In this document: positions 1 through 16,340 of the stretch, piece after piece
Position numbering within the stretch: the stretch's first letter is position 1
Layout: every line of letters starts with the position of its first letter
From: Escherichia coli
GTDB taxonomy: Bacteria; Pseudomonadota; Gammaproteobacteria; Enterobacterales; Enterobacteriaceae
Assembly (NCBI RefSeq): GCF_001677475.2
Contig: NZ_CP015229.1
Strand: one strand, 5' to 3'
DNA: 64,000 bases
Notes under the pieces: model-generated
Told to the model about the DNA's origin: nothing
What the model saw: the letters and a program-made list of their open reading frames with translations, nothing else
Databases searched by the model: none
Position numbers and translations under genes: made by a program

Positions 1-560
1 TGAACAGCCTGTGCCTGAGCCGGAGTTGCAGATTTGCCAGTACCGATTGCCCATACAGGTTCGTAAGCGATAACCGCACCTTCGAATGCCGCAGCACCCT
101 GAGTTTTCAGTACCGCGTCGATCTGACGTGCGCAAACTTCTTCAGTTTTTCCCGCTTCGTTTTCAGCTTCGGTTTCACCGATGCACAGAACCGGAGTCAG
201 ACCCTGCTCTTTCAGCACCGCGAATTTTTTCGCGATCAGTTCGTCAGACTCGTTGTGGTAAGTACGACGTTCAGAGTGGCCGATGATGATGTACTGTGCG
301 CCGATGTCTTTCAGCATAGCAGCAGAGGTTTCACCGGTGAATGCGCCGGACAGGTTCAGGTCCACGTTTTGCGCACCCAGCATGATGTGGCTGCCTTCAG
401 CTTCGCGCTTCGCCATATCGATGTACATTTCCGGTGGTGCGATTGCAACCGCACAGCCAGCAACACCTGCCAGCTCTTTACGCAGGTTAGAAACCAGCTC
501 GTGAACCATGTGGCGGCTGCCGTTCAGTTTCCAGTTACCCATCACTAAAGGATGTCGCAT
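1..560 (-). CDS. tpiA: Triosephosphate isomerase, N-terminal 186 codons; 3' end lies beyond window start
   Basis: Minus-strand ATG at 558-560 opens a frame translating [15 protein letters not shown]...IIGHSERR, recognised as E. coli TpiA; frame runs off the window edge. Confidence 0.9.
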   Translation of the reverse strand, partial: MRHPLVMGNWKLNGSRHMVHELVSNLRKELAGVAGCAVAIAPPEMYIDMAKREAEGSHIMLGAQNVDLNLSGAFTGETSAAMLKDIGAQYIIIGHSERRTYHNESDELIAKKFAVLKEQGLTPVLCIGETEAENEAGKTEEVCARQIDAVLKTQGAAAFEGAVIAYEPVWAIGTGKSATPAQAQAV

Positions 561-667
561 TTTAATTCTCCACGCTTATAAGCGAATAAAGGAAGATGGC
601 CGCCCCGCAGGGCAGCAGGTCTGTGAAACAGTATAGAGATTCATCGGCACAAAGGCTTTGCTTTTTG

Positions 668-1267
668 TCATTTATTCAAACCTTCAAGCGATTCAGATAG
701 CGCCAGCTTAATCGGTTCAACAGCGAAGGTCAGCCCCTTTTCGCCGTTGTCCGCGACAACATAACGCAGTGCACCTTCTGTCTCGGTGTAATAACGTTTG
801 TTTTTCCCCGCCGTTAGTAGCGACTGCAGTTTTTTCTGGCTTTGTGTTTTGGTCATTAATGGGGTGAGTGTGCGGATCACTGCTGCCATGTATTCCTGAG
901 CTTTCGCTTTCGCTGCTTTTTGCTCTGGCCCCTGGATGGGTAGCCAGGTCATTTGAATGCTTTTGATTTTTAAGGTACCGCGCTCCAGCGCAGTAGACGC
1001 ATACAAATTCTCGTTAATTTTACTTGCAGCACGAGTGAGATTGGCTTTGTCGGGACTGCTGTCGATGGCACGAAATTCGTTCAGTGGCAGGCTGGGATTC
1101 TGGCTGTTAAAGTCTTCTCGAAACTGGCTGATGGAGAGATCGAAAGTAGGGGCTCCAGCCAGCAGATAAGGCGCGGTCGTTGCCGTATCTGGTGTTTGTG
1201 CATGCGCCGTTGTTGTAACGGTTAATGCAGAACATAAGAGAAAAAACAGCGTACACCCTGGCTTCAT
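668..1267 (-). CDS. yiiQ: DUF1454 periplasmic protein YiiQ (199 aa) with signal peptide
   Basis: ORF track 199 aa; N-terminal hydrophobic signal (MKPGCTLFFLLCSALTVTTTAHA); position between tpiA and yiiR as in K-12. Confidence 0.85.
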   Translation of the reverse strand: MKPGCTLFFLLCSALTVTTTAHAQTPDTATTAPYLLAGAPTFDLSISQFREDFNSQNPSLPLNEFRAIDSSPDKANLTRAASKINENLYASTALERGTLKIKSIQMTWLPIQGPEQKAAKAKAQEYMAAVIRTLTPLMTKTQSQKKLQSLLTAGKNKRYYTETEGALRYVVADNGEKGLTFAVEPIKLALSESLEGLNK

Positions 1268-1367
1268 TGACAGTACCTTTTGTTATGACTGGCTCCGATT
1301 AAAACGATATCTGTCGCCCTTGTCAAAAGGGTAGAATCCTGGAAAAGACAACCATCAAGGAACTTAC

Positions 1368-1808
1368 ATGACCATACAGCAATGGTTATTCTCATTTAAA
1401 GGGCGTATTGGACGCCGTGATTTCTGGATTTGGATAGGCCTGTGGTTCGCAGGCATGCTGGTGCTTTTCTCACTGGCGGGTAAAAATTTACTCGATATTC
1501 AGACCGCGGCGTTTTGCCTTGTGTGCTTGCTTTGGCCAACAGCGGCAGTAACCGTTAAGCGCTTGCATGATCGCGGGCGTTCCGGCGCATGGGCATTTCT
1601 GATGATTGTGGCGTGGATGCTGCTGGCGGGTAACTGGGCGATTTTACCGGGTGTCTGGCAATGGGCGGTGGGGCGTTTTGTCCCGACGTTGATTCTGGTG
1701 ATGATGCTTATCGATCTTGGTGCGTTTGTTGGCACACAAGGCGAAAATAAATATGGTAAAGATACCCAGGATGTGAAGTATAAAGCCGACAATAAATCAA
1801 GTAATTAA
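1368..1808 (+). CDS. yiiR: DUF805 inner-membrane protein YiiR (146 aa)
   Basis: ORF 146 aa, hydrophobic segments, conserved synteny. Confidence 0.85.
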   Translation: MTIQQWLFSFKGRIGRRDFWIWIGLWFAGMLVLFSLAGKNLLDIQTAAFCLVCLLWPTAAVTVKRLHDRGRSGAWAFLMIVAWMLLAGNWAILPGVWQWAVGRFVPTLILVMMLIDLGAFVGTQGENKYGKDTQDVKYKADNKSSN

Positions 1809-2019
1809 CCTTTAATATATCTCTTACTGCTATTTTTTTCCGGGATTGTTATTTCCACGATGCAAATGACAATGCCCGGAAAATCCTTCTGAACTCTTCA
1901 CCTTAAGCAATATCAAAAAAAATGGTAATCCATAAGATCATTACTTGTTTGTTCTTCCCTTAACGGCGCATTATTCTTAAGTCGTAATCGACAGAGAGGC
2001 GAATATACAGAGGTGCCCT

Positions 2020-2319
2020 ATGAAAGATGTCGTAGATAAATGCAGTACTAAAGGATGTGCGATTGATATCGGTACGGTGATTGATAACGACAACTGTACC
2101 AGTAAGTTTTCGCGCTTTTTTGCCACCCGCGAAGAAGCAGAGTCCTTTATGACCAAACTGAAAGAGCTTGCCGCCGCTGCATCCTCTGCAGATGAAGGGG
2201 CCAGCGTGGCCTATAAGATTAAGGATCTGGAGGGGCAAGTTGAGCTTGATGCGGCCTTCACCTTCTCATGCCAGGCCGAGATGATTATTTTTGAGTTATC
2301 ACTGCGTTCGTTAGCTTGA
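2020..2319 (+). CDS. yiiS: UPF0381/DUF406 protein YiiS (99 aa)
   Basis: ORF 99 aa immediately upstream of uspD, matching K-12 synteny. Confidence 0.8.
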   Translation: MKDVVDKCSTKGCAIDIGTVIDNDNCTSKFSRFFATREEAESFMTKLKELAAAASSADEGASVAYKIKDLEGQVELDAAFTFSCQAEMIIFELSLRSLA

Positions 2320-2345
2320 TGGAGTTGCTTTAGAAGGAGTTAAAC

Positions 2346-2774
2346 ATGGCTTATAAACACATTGGCGTGGCAATTTCCGGGAATGAAGAAGATGCCTTAC
2401 TGGTGAATAAAGCCCTGGAGCTCGCCAGACATAATGACGCTCACCTGACGTTAATTCATATTGATGATGGCTTAAGCGAGTTGTATCCGGGTATCTACTT
2501 CCCTGCAACAGAAGATATTCTTCAATTGTTGAAGAATAAGTCGGATAACAAGCTGTATAAACTGACGAAAAATATTCAATGGCCGAAGACAAAACTGCGT
2601 ATTGAACGCGGAGAAATGCCGGAAACACTGCTGGAAATTATGCAAAAAGAGCAGTGCGACCTCCTTGTCTGTGGTCATCATCACTCATTTATCAACCGTT
2701 TGATGCCGGCATATCGCGGGATGATCAATAAGTTGAGTGCGGATTTGCTCATCGTGCCGTTTATCGATAAGTAA
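2346..2774 (+). CDS. uspD: Universal stress protein D (142 aa)
   Basis: ORF 142 aa with UspA-like fold sequence; RBS GGAG upstream. Confidence 0.9.
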   Translation: MAYKHIGVAISGNEEDALLVNKALELARHNDAHLTLIHIDDGLSELYPGIYFPATEDILQLLKNKSDNKLYKLTKNIQWPKTKLRIERGEMPETLLEIMQKEQCDLLVCGHHHSFINRLMPAYRGMINKLSADLLIVPFIDK

Positions 2775-2778
2775 CCGC

Positions 2779-3525
2779 TTACCAGTAATGCTCCGCTGTC
2801 ATATGGCCCGGTCGGCGACGTAAATGTTTCGTCATCTGCCGGGTCTCTTTTAGCAACTGTTGTGTATCGCGCACCATCTGTGGATTGCCGCACAGCATCA
2901 CATGGCTGGTTTCTTTATTCATCGGCAGGCCAATCGCGCTTTCCAGTTCACCACTTTCAATTAACGCCGGTATCCGCCCGGTGAGTGATCCCGCCGCCGT
3001 TTCCCGACTGACCACCGTCTGAATGCGCAGTTTCCCTTCGTAGCGTTTTTCCAGTTCTTGCATCAGTGGCAAATAGCTTAAGTCGGCGGCATAACGTGCG
3101 GCGTGAACCAGGACCAGATTTTTGAAGCGATCTAAATCTTTGCCTAGTTGCAGAATCGATAAATAAGGGCCAATCGCTGTACCGGTTGCCAGCATCCATA
3201 GCGTTTCGCAATCTGGTACTTCCTCCAGAACAAAGAAACCAGCTGCTTCGCTAACTACCTGCACTTCATCGCCCGGTTTCAGTGCCGCCAGTCGTGGGCT
3301 TAATTTGCCATCGGGGACGGTGACCAGGTAAAACTCCAGATCGGGATTATCGGGCGAGTTAACATAGGAGTAGGCGCGCTGGACGCGTTCGCCGTCGATT
3401 TCAAGGCCAAGCTTGGTGAATTGCCCGGCGGTAAACGGAAGCACGGGGGCGTGAACGGTGAGACTAAACAGGGCGTCGGTCCAGTTCTGCACTTTAGTGA
3501 CTTTGCCTGTTACCCAATCAGCCAT
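2779..3525 (-). CDS. fpr: Ferredoxin/flavodoxin-NADP+ reductase (248 aa)
   Basis: ORF 248 aa, recognised as E. coli Fpr (MADWVTGKVTKVQNWTDALFSL...). Confidence 0.92.
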   Translation of the reverse strand: MADWVTGKVTKVQNWTDALFSLTVHAPVLPFTAGQFTKLGLEIDGERVQRAYSYVNSPDNPDLEFYLVTVPDGKLSPRLAALKPGDEVQVVSEAAGFFVLEEVPDCETLWMLATGTAIGPYLSILQLGKDLDRFKNLVLVHAARYAADLSYLPLMQELEKRYEGKLRIQTVVSRETAAGSLTGRIPALIESGELESAIGLPMNKETSHVMLCGNPQMVRDTQQLLKETRQMTKHLRRRPGHMTAEHYW

Positions 3526-3574
3526 GTTTTTCTCCTATTTTGATTGACTTGCCTTATCTTCGTTCTCCGAACAA

Positions 3575-3605
3575 AAAAATTCCAGTCCCGAAGGACTGGA
3601 AGGCT
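3575..3605 (-). terminator. Rho-independent terminator downstream of glpX
   Basis: Hairpin ccagtcc-ttcg-ggactgg followed on the minus strand by a U-run (plus strand aaaaaaatt). Confidence 0.6.
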
Positions 3606-3621
3606 CAATCGATCAAATCAA

Positions 3622-4632
3622 TCAGAGGATGTGCACCTGCATTTCCGGGTCTTTGCGATCCAGATAGTGGATAGACTGAATGCGGCGAATGGTGCGTGAC
3701 TTGCCGCGGATCAGCAGAGTTTCGGTAGTCGCGATATTGCCTTTGCGGCTAATGCCTTCCAGCAGATCGCCTTTGGTAATACCGGTGGCAGAGAAGATGA
3801 CGTTATCGCTGCGCGCCATATCGCCCAGACGCAATACTTTACCGGCTTCGATGCCCATCGCTTTGCAGCGTGCCAGCTCCTGCTCGCCAATGCGACGATT
3901 CTCTTCGTTGTCGCCTTTGACGTCATGACGCGCCAGCAGACGACCATTCATGTCGCCATCTAATGCGCGGATCACCGCCGCAGAAACTACGCCTTCCGGC
4001 GCGCCACCAATACCGTACAGCACGTCAACTTCGCTGTCTGGCATACAGGTGAGAATTGAGGCCGCAACGTCGCCATCCGGAATAGCAAATACGCGTACGC
4101 CGAGTTGCTGCATTTCAGCGATAACGGCATCGTGGCGTGGTTTAGCCAGAATCGTTACCGTCAGTTCGCTCAACGGTTTGCCGAGCGCCGCCGCAACATT
4201 GCGCAGGTTATCCGCCAGCGGCAGGTTCAGATCAATGGTGCCTTTGGCTCCCGGCCCGACAATCAGCTTCTCCATATACATATCCGGCGCATTGAGGAAG
4301 CAGCCTTTATCGCCTACTGCCAGCACCGCCAGCGCGTTAGCCTGGCCCATCGCCGTCATGCGCGTGCCTTCAATCGGATCAACAGCAATATCTACCGCGT
4401 CGCCGCGACCAGTACCGACTTTTTCACCAATGTAGAGCATCGGTGCTTCGTCGATTTCACCTTCACCAATGACGATGGTGCCGTCAATGTTGACCTGGTT
4501 GAGCATAATACGCATGGCGTTTACCGCCGCGCCGTCCGCGGTGTTTTTATCGCCGCGTCCTAACCATTTGTAGCCAGCCAGCGCCGCTGATTCGGTGACG
4601 CGGGAAAATTCGATGGCAAGTTCTCGTCTCAT
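3622..4632 (-). CDS. glpX: Fructose-1,6-bisphosphatase class II (336 aa)
   Basis: ORF 336 aa recognised as GlpX; last gene of glpFKX operon. Confidence 0.92.
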   Translation of the reverse strand: MRRELAIEFSRVTESAALAGYKWLGRGDKNTADGAAVNAMRIMLNQVNIDGTIVIGEGEIDEAPMLYIGEKVGTGRGDAVDIAVDPIEGTRMTAMGQANALAVLAVGDKGCFLNAPDMYMEKLIVGPGAKGTIDLNLPLADNLRNVAAALGKPLSELTVTILAKPRHDAVIAEMQQLGVRVFAIPDGDVAASILTCMPDSEVDVLYGIGGAPEGVVSAAVIRALDGDMNGRLLARHDVKGDNEENRRIGEQELARCKAMGIEAGKVLRLGDMARSDNVIFSATGITKGDLLEGISRKGNIATTETLLIRGKSRTIRRIQSIHYLDRKDPEMQVHIL

Positions 4633-4696
4633 AGCAAACTCTAAGCAGTAAGGAATGGCGCGAAGTGTAGCACAGGGGAAGGGAGGGATTATTGAT

Positions 4697-4762
4697 GTGT
4701 GCGGGGTTGCCCCCGCACGGTTTCAGGACTACCGGATGCGGCATAAACGCTTCATCCGGCAT
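4697..4762. repeat. REP-like palindromic elements in glpK-glpX intergenic region
   Basis: Palindrome gtgcggggttgcccccgcac plus ccggatgcggcataaacgcttcatccgg resembling the REP consensus GCCGGATGCGGCG. Confidence 0.6.
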
Positions 4763-4767
4763 TTACA

Positions 4768-7144
<2,377 letters not shown>

Positions 7145-7400
7145 AATCGGATCCTGAAGAGTTAATGTTTGTTGTATGCGTGAAAGTCACGGACCTCCAC
7201 GATGCTTGTAGGCATGCTGTAAACTTATCGTTAACGAGCAAAAACGAGAAATATCGAACTTAAAATGTGTGTGCTTCGTCATAAAATGAGCGTTATCGCG
7301 CCATTTATTCCATCTGATTGTACATGATGCATGTTTGTTAGATCATTCGCGCAACAAATTTATTAACATTTTCGATTGGTGTGGATTATGTCACCAGGAG
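7145..7400 (-). promoter_or_regulatory. glpFKX promoter/operator region (GlpR and CRP control expected)
   Basis: AT-rich 5' region upstream of glpF; specific operator positions not resolved by eye. Confidence 0.4.
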
Positions 7401-7506
7401 AAGGATGAAAAGTGTGGCAAACCGTAATCTGCAAGGCGTGCCGCTGGACAGCGATGGCGCGGCTTCATACAATCGGAGCTAACTAAAGTGCGCTCGTATT
7501 TATTAA

Positions 7507-7815
<309 letters not shown>

Positions 7816-7867
7816 TTACGCTTCATCTTTCGCGTAATTTCTTTACTGTGTAGGCCAACAGGTAACG

Positions 7868-7900
7868 CAAAAAAAAGGCACCTTGCGGTGCCTTTCTTAT
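7868..7900. terminator. Bidirectional rho-independent terminator between zapB and rraA
   Basis: A-run, hairpin ggcacc-ttgc-ggtgcc, then T-rich tract. Confidence 0.65.
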
Positions 7901-8385
7901 CATTCAATATCCAGCGGATCTTCTGAAAGAATAATCCCAGTATTGTCGGCATAAAGATGGTCGCCGGAGAAGAAGGTGACACCGCCAAAATTGACGCGGA
8001 CATCGCTTTCGCCAATGCCTTCGCCAGCGGCACCAACCGGAATTGCGGCCATTGCCTGGATGCCGATATCCAGCTCTTCCAGGTCATCTACCTGACGCAC
8101 CGCGCCGTAAATGACCAGACCTTCCCATTCATTTTGTACTGCCAGACGCGCCAGTTCAGCATCGACCAGTGCGCGACGAACAGAACCACCGCCATCGACG
8201 ACAAGAACACGACCACGGCCATTCTGTTCGAGCAGATCGTACAGCAACCCGTTGTCCTCGAAACATTTTACCGTGATTATTTGTCCGCCAAACGACGCCC
8301 GTCCGCCAAAGTTGGAGAACAGCGGTTCCACGACGTTAACATCTTCTTGATAGATGTCACAAAGCTCGGAAGTATCGTATTTCAT
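7900..8385 (-). CDS. rraA: RNase E inhibitor RraA (161 aa)
   Basis: ORF 161 aa recognised as RraA ([23 protein letters not shown]...). Confidence 0.9.
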
Positions 8386-8477
8386 AGGCTTAACATTCAG
8401 TTGCTGCGAGAATTTTCAGTATATCGCGCTATGTGGGCTGTTGGCAAAATCATCAATTGTTAATTGATATTTGTCAG

Positions 8478-9404
8478 TTATGCTGCCCACTGGCTTAGGA
8501 ATATCCCTAAAACAAACAGCAGGTTAGTCAGTAACGCTCCCTTGACAGTGCGTTCCAGCATCGGTCGCATCGCCACCGGGTCCATTTCCCGCATCACATA
8601 ACGGGCTTGCTTCACCAGTAATGGTGCCGCCAGCAGGAACAGCCAGCCCCACAGGCTATGCAGCGAAAAGAGATTAAACAGCGCCAGGCACACCAGAGAG
8701 CCCATCAGCAGGCAGGCATGATAACGACGCGCGTTCACTTCACCTAAGCGCACCACCAGCGTGTTTTTGCCATTTTCGCGGTCGCTATTGATATCACGCA
8801 GGTTATTAATGTTCAGTACTGCCGTTGCCAGCAGGCCGCATGCGGTCGCCGGAAGGATCAGTGCCGGAATCAATGTATGAGCCTGTAAATACCAGCTCCC
8901 CATGACGCTTAACCAGCCAAAGAAAACCAGTACGGAAATATCACCCAGACCGATATAACCATAAGGACGATTGCCCACGGTGTAGGTGATAGCGGCAATG
9001 ATCGACAACCCGCCAAGAATCAGGAAGCCGACAAAATCGGCCAGCGTATGGCACGCCACTGCAACCAGTGCCAGCCCGGAGAGACAGATGAGCACGACGG
9101 TAATAATGAGCGCCCGTTTCATCTCTTGCTGGGTAATGACCCCTTTTTGCATGCCGCGTAGCGGTCCGATCCGGTCAGGTTTATCGCTGCCTTTTACCGC
9201 ATCGCCGTAATCATTGGCGAGGTTAGAAAGGATCTGTAATAGCCCGGCGGTAATCAGAGCCAGCAGGGCGACCAGCGGATCAAAATGACCTTGCCACCAT
9301 GCCAGCGCCGTCCCGACGATAATTGCAGCAAAGGCGAGGGGGAGGGTTTTAGGTCGTAAACTTTCCAGCCACGCCTGAGTTCGGCTAATTTGTTGTTCAG
9401 TCAT
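8478..9404 (-). CDS. menA: 1,4-dihydroxy-2-naphthoate octaprenyltransferase (308 aa)
   Basis: ORF frame 312 aa; canonical start MTEQQISRTQAW 4 codons in; UbiA-family membrane prenyltransferase. Confidence 0.88.
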   Translation of the reverse strand: MTEQQISRTQAWLESLRPKTLPLAFAAIIVGTALAWWQGHFDPLVALLALITAGLLQILSNLANDYGDAVKGSDKPDRIGPLRGMQKGVITQQEMKRALIITVVLICLSGLALVAVACHTLADFVGFLILGGLSIIAAITYTVGNRPYGYIGLGDISVLVFFGWLSVMGSWYLQAHTLIPALILPATACGLLATAVLNINNLRDINSDRENGKNTLVVRLGEVNARRYHACLLMGSLVCLALFNLFSLHSLWGWLFLLAAPLLVKQARYVMREMDPVAMRPMLERTVKGALLTNLLFVLGIFLSQWAA

Positions 9405-9470
9405 AATACGCGCCAATAAAAATGGGGCCTTTCAGCCCCATCAAACAATGATGAAAATGATTGAACGCGA

Positions 9471-10802
9471 TTATAGGATAAAACGGCTCAGATCTTCATC
9501 TGCCACCAACGCATCCAGATGTTTGCTCACATAATCTGCGTCAATAGTGATATTTTGACCGCTTAAATCGCTGGCGTCGTAGGAAATCTCTTCCATTAAA
9601 CGCTCCAGAACAGTGTGTAAACGACGAGCACCGATGTTTTCGGTAGATTCGTTCACCTGCCATGCCGCTTCCGCGATGCGCTTAATACCGGAGTCGGTAA
9701 ACTCGATATTTACGCCCTCAGTCGCCATCAGTGCTTTGTACTGCACGGTGATAGAGGCATTCGGCTCGGTCAGAATACGCTCGAAGTCGCTGGTGGTCAG
9801 TGCCTGCAGTTCAACGCGGATTGGCAGACGACCTTGCAGTTCCGGGATCAGGTCAGACGGTTTCGCAATCTGGAACGCGCCAGAAGCGATAAACAGAATG
9901 TGGTCAGTTTTGACCATCCCGTGTTTGGTGGAAACGGTGCAACCTTCTACCAGCGGCAGCAGGTCACGCTGAACACCTTCACGAGAAACATCCGGACCGG
10001 AAGACTCGCCGCGCTTACAGATTTTGTCGATTTCGTCGATAAACACGATCCCGTGCTGCTCAACAGCGTCGATAGCGTCTTGCTTCAGCTCTTCCGGATT
10101 CACCAGTTTCGCCGCTTCTTCTTCAATCAGCAGCTTCATGGCGTCTTTGATTTTCAGCTTACGTGCTTTTTGCTTCTGGCCGCCCAGGTTCTGGAACATG
10201 GACTGCAGCTGGCTGGTCATCTCTTCCATTCCCGGAGGAGCCATAATTTCAACGCCCATCGGTGCTGCGGCAAGATCGATCTCGATTTCTTTGTCATCAA
10301 GCTGGCCTTCACGCAGTTTCTTGCGGAATGCCTGACGAGCAGCGGACGGTTCCTGCTGCTGTTCGGTCTGTCCCCAGTTGTTTTTAGCAGGTGGGATCAG
10401 CACGTCGAGAATACGTTCTTCTGCCAGTTCTTCAGCGCGATAACGGTTTTTCTCGATAGCCTGGACGCGTACCATTTTCACGGCGGCATCGGTCAGATCG
10501 CGAATAATAGAATCCACTTCCTTACCGACATAGCCCACTTCGGTGAATTTGGTCGCTTCAACTTTGATGAACGGCGCATTCGCCAGCTTAGCCAGACGAC
10601 GGGCGATTTCAGTTTTACCGACACCGGTCGGGCCGATCATCAGGATATTTTTCGGGGTCACTTCATGGCGCAGCTCTTCGTTGAGCTGCATGCGACGCCA
10701 GCGGTTACGCAGAGCAATCGCCACGGAACGCTTGGCGTTGTCCTGGCCGATGATGTGCTTATCCAGTTCGCTGACGATTTCGCGTGGGGTCATTTCAGAC
10801 AT
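9471..10802 (-). CDS. hslU: ATP-dependent protease ATPase subunit HslU (443 aa)
   Basis: ORF 443 aa with Walker A GPTGVGKT; recognised as HslU. Confidence 0.95.
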
Positions 10803-10811
10803 GGGAGATCC

Positions 10812-11342
10812 TTACGCTTTGTAGCTTAATTCTTCGATGGTGTGGAAATGGTTGGTATAGATGCAAATGTCGCCTGCAATATCCAACGCCTTTTCAGCAA
10901 TTTCACGGGCGCTAAGTTCAGTGTTTTCTAACAGCGCGCGCGCCGCAGCCTGGGCGTAAGGGCCGCCGGAGCCGATAGCAATAAGATCGTTTTCTGGCTG
11001 CACCACGTCACCGTTACCGGTGATGATAAGCGATGCAGTTTCATCCGCGACTGCCAGCAGTGCTTCAAGTTTGCGCAACATGCGATCGGTACGCCAGTCT
11101 TTTGCCAGCTCAACGGCGGCTTTGACCAGATGGCCCTGATGCATTTCCAGTTTGCGTTCAAACAGTTCGAACAGCGTAAAAGCATCCGCAGTACCGCCCG
11201 CAAAGCCCGCGATGACTTTGTCGTTGTACAGACGGCGGACCTTTTTCACGTTGCCTTTCATTACGGTATTGCCCAACGTGGCCTGACCATCACCAGCGAT
11301 GACCACATGGCCGTTACGGCGTACGCTTACTATAGTTGTCAC
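10812..11342 (-). CDS. hslV: ATP-dependent protease subunit HslV (176 aa)
   Basis: ORF 176 aa, N-terminal [11 protein letters not shown] with catalytic Thr2; directly upstream of hslU. Confidence 0.95.
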
Positions 11343-11434
11343 GAGCTGACCCCTTGGTTACGAATACAGAGTACAAACCCCGTACAAAAGTACGGGGCAT
11401 AATGCAATTATAGATGGGGGGGATTTTGAGGGTT

Positions 11435-12394
11435 TCAACCCCCGGCGGCGAGCCGAATGCAGTTTGTATGACCCGCCATCTTCAACCGATTGAGAGTGCT
11501 GTCTGCGTTCTCTTTGCCTTTCACCGGGCCAATCACCACTCGATTCCAGCCATTGTTGGTGGTGATTTTCGAGTCAAATCCTTCGAACGCCAGCTGAGCA
11601 CGTACCGTCTCTGCCTGTTCCGCGCCTCTGAACGAACCGCACTGCACCATCCAGCGGCGTTCGTCTTTTTTCTCCGCCGTCGGTTTTGGCGCGTCAGCGG
11701 CACGAGTAACCGGCGCAGCTTGCTGCGGCTTCGACTGCGCGGTCGTGTGCGCAGGGGTTTGCAGCAGATCCTGGTACGGCTGCTGAGTAGACGCCGGTTT
11801 AGACTGGCGCGGTTGCGCCTGTACCGGCGCGGCTTGCGACGTACGCGTCTGCTGCTGCCAGCTTTGTTCAGTCGTACGCGACTGCTGAGCCAGGCGTTGC
11901 TGTTCCGCTAATTGCTGCGCCTGACGTTGGCGCTGTAGCGTTTGCTGACGCTGTTCCGGCGTCTGTTCATTCCACGGAACCTCAACCAGCTGCGTTGGCT
12001 GCTGGCGCATATCAGCCTGCATTTGTTCAAGAAGCTGACGTTGTTCTGGTGTCAGTTGCTCCGGCGTTTTCACTTCACCACCAGCAGAAGGTTCTGTGGG
12101 CGCACGCACACCCGGCTGGCGACTTTCCAGCTCTTTGATGTAGCGCCAGCGTTCTTCTGGTTTTGGTGGTAGTCCGTTTCCGGTCACTTTCTGGCTTTGC
12201 AGCGTCTCGGACTCTTCTTTCTTGTGATGCGTAATGAAGTACAGACCACCGATAAAGGTCACAAGAACGGCGGCAGCAATAGCGACCATAGCGGGAGAAA
12301 CCGCAGGCAGATTTCGTTGCTTTTTCCGTGAGGTGCTCTTTTTTCGCCGCGAAGGTGCCGGTTGGCTGCGGCGTACATAATCTCGTTGTGCCAC
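11435..12394 (-). CDS. ftsN: Cell division protein FtsN (319 aa)
   Basis: ORF 319 aa; Gln/Pro-rich linker and C-terminal SPOR-like region. Confidence 0.92.
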   Translation of the reverse strand: MAQRDYVRRSQPAPSRRKKSTSRKKQRNLPAVSPAMVAIAAAVLVTFIGGLYFITHHKKEESETLQSQKVTGNGLPPKPEERWRYIKELESRQPGVRAPTEPSAGGEVKTPEQLTPEQRQLLEQMQADMRQQPTQLVEVPWNEQTPEQRQQTLQRQRQAQQLAEQQRLAQQSRTTEQSWQQQTRTSQAAPVQAQPRQSKPASTQQPYQDLLQTPAHTTAQSKPQQAAPVTRAADAPKPTAEKKDERRWMVQCGSFRGAEQAETVRAQLAFEGFDSKITTNNGWNRVVIGPVKGKENADSTLNRLKMAGHTNCIRLAAGG

Positions 12395-12485
12395 TATCGT
12401 TTCGCTGTATTTATTCGTTCGTCAGCCCGCCATGTTACTTAAGCGGCGGGCCTTTGACCAGTCACGGCAGTCTTAAAGGTTTACT

Positions 12486-13511
12486 TTAAGGTAACGCGCG
12501 TGTTGATCCCCGGATGATAAGTTCGCAGTCCATTAAACGAGAGCCACTGCCAACGTGTTGCCCCTGCATTTGATCAAGCAATAACAGCATAGCTTCCCGA
12601 CCGATTTCGTAACGCGGCTGCGCGATGGTTGTCAGCGGCGGATCACAAAATTGCGTCAGGTCGATGTTATCAAAACCGATTATGGAAAGGTCTTCCGGTA
12701 CTTTTAGCCCCTGGCGTTTTGCCTGCGAAAGTGCGCCGAGCGCCATCACATCACTATGGCAGAAGACAGCAGTAGGCGGTTGTGGAAGATCAAGCAGCTG
12801 TTGCATTGCTTTGCTTCCGGCTTCGAAGGTGAAGTCGCCACGGGCGATGTATTGCGGATCAATCATAATGCCGCAGCGACGCAGCGCCTGAATGTAGCCT
12901 TGCAGGCGGTAGTGACACAGCGGCATCTCTTCGGGACCGGCTATACAGCCAATCCGTTTATGCCCTTGCTCATATAAATAATTTACTGCATCAAATGCGG
13001 CGGTCAGATTGTCGATATGAACTGTAGGCAGCTCCAGTTCCGGTGCAAATTCGTTCGCCATCACCATCGGCGGCAGATTACGCTGTTCCTCAATGCTGGC
13101 ATCAAACGGCAGCCTTGAACCCAGCAGCAACATGCCATCAATTTGCTTGGTGATGATCAAATCGATAAAGGTTTTTTCCTGCTGATTTTGATGCGCACAG
13201 TCGCCAATCAGCACCAGATATCCGTGATTTGCCGCCGTAACTTCGATACCGCGAATAATTTCGCTAAAGAAGGGATCGCAGATATCCGGGACAATCACCA
13301 GAATGGTACGGGATTCATTACGCTTGACGTTGCGCCCCATAGGCTGAGGTAAATAACCCACTTCCCGGGCCGCTTTTTCAACCCGATTACGGGTGGCCTG
13401 GGAGACTTTATCGGGATTCATTAATGCTCGGGAGACGGTCGCTGTAGAGACTTTTGCCTTGAGGGCAACGTCTTTCATGGTCGCGGCAGTTTCCTGCTTC
13501 TTCGCTTTCAC
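12486..13511 (-). CDS. cytR: LacI-family transcriptional repressor CytR (341 aa, GTG start)
   Basis: Frame contains VKAKKQETAATMKDVA...; 341 aa from GTG at 13509-13511; HTH plus periplasmic-binding-like domain. Confidence 0.88.
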   Translation of the reverse strand: MKAKKQETAATMKDVALKAKVSTATVSRALMNPDKVSQATRNRVEKAAREVGYLPQPMGRNVKRNESRTILVIVPDICDPFFSEIIRGIEVTAANHGYLVLIGDCAHQNQQEKTFIDLIITKQIDGMLLLGSRLPFDASIEEQRNLPPMVMANEFAPELELPTVHIDNLTAAFDAVNYLYEQGHKRIGCIAGPEEMPLCHYRLQGYIQALRRCGIMIDPQYIARGDFTFEAGSKAMQQLLDLPQPPTAVFCHSDVMALGALSQAKRQGLKVPEDLSIIGFDNIDLTQFCDPPLTTIAQPRYEIGREAMLLLLDQMQGQHVGSGSRLMDCELIIRGSTRALP

Positions 13512-13666
13512 ACTCACTCCTCGCCTGGCACGGCAGGCGTACTACTTCCATGTTTACTTCACATCGGCAACATTTTTAGCAGATAGCGCGTGAAAACGGT
13601 TACAGAATTTTCATGAAAAGTGTGATGAATATTGAATTTTTCGATCCGCCTCGCATCGTTTGCGCA

Positions 13667-16024
<2,358 letters not shown>

Positions 16025-16028
16025 TTAG

Positions 16029-16280
<252 letters not shown>

Positions 16281-16293
16281 GACCGGATTTCCG

Positions 16294-16320
16294 AAAAAAG
16301 CGCCGCACGGCGCTTTTTTT
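16294..16320. terminator. Bidirectional rho-independent terminator between rpmE and yiiX
   Basis: aaaaagcgccgcacggcgcttttttt: perfect hairpin flanked by A-run and T-run. Confidence 0.8.
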
Positions 16321-16340
16321 GTGCCTGAATTTTGGTCGTA

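Noticed and set aside
9834-10829. 331-aa plus-strand ORF antisense to hslU
   Set aside because: Entirely embedded antisense within a highly conserved gene; no RBS or recognisable domain; long antisense frames are common in GC-balanced enterobacterial genes
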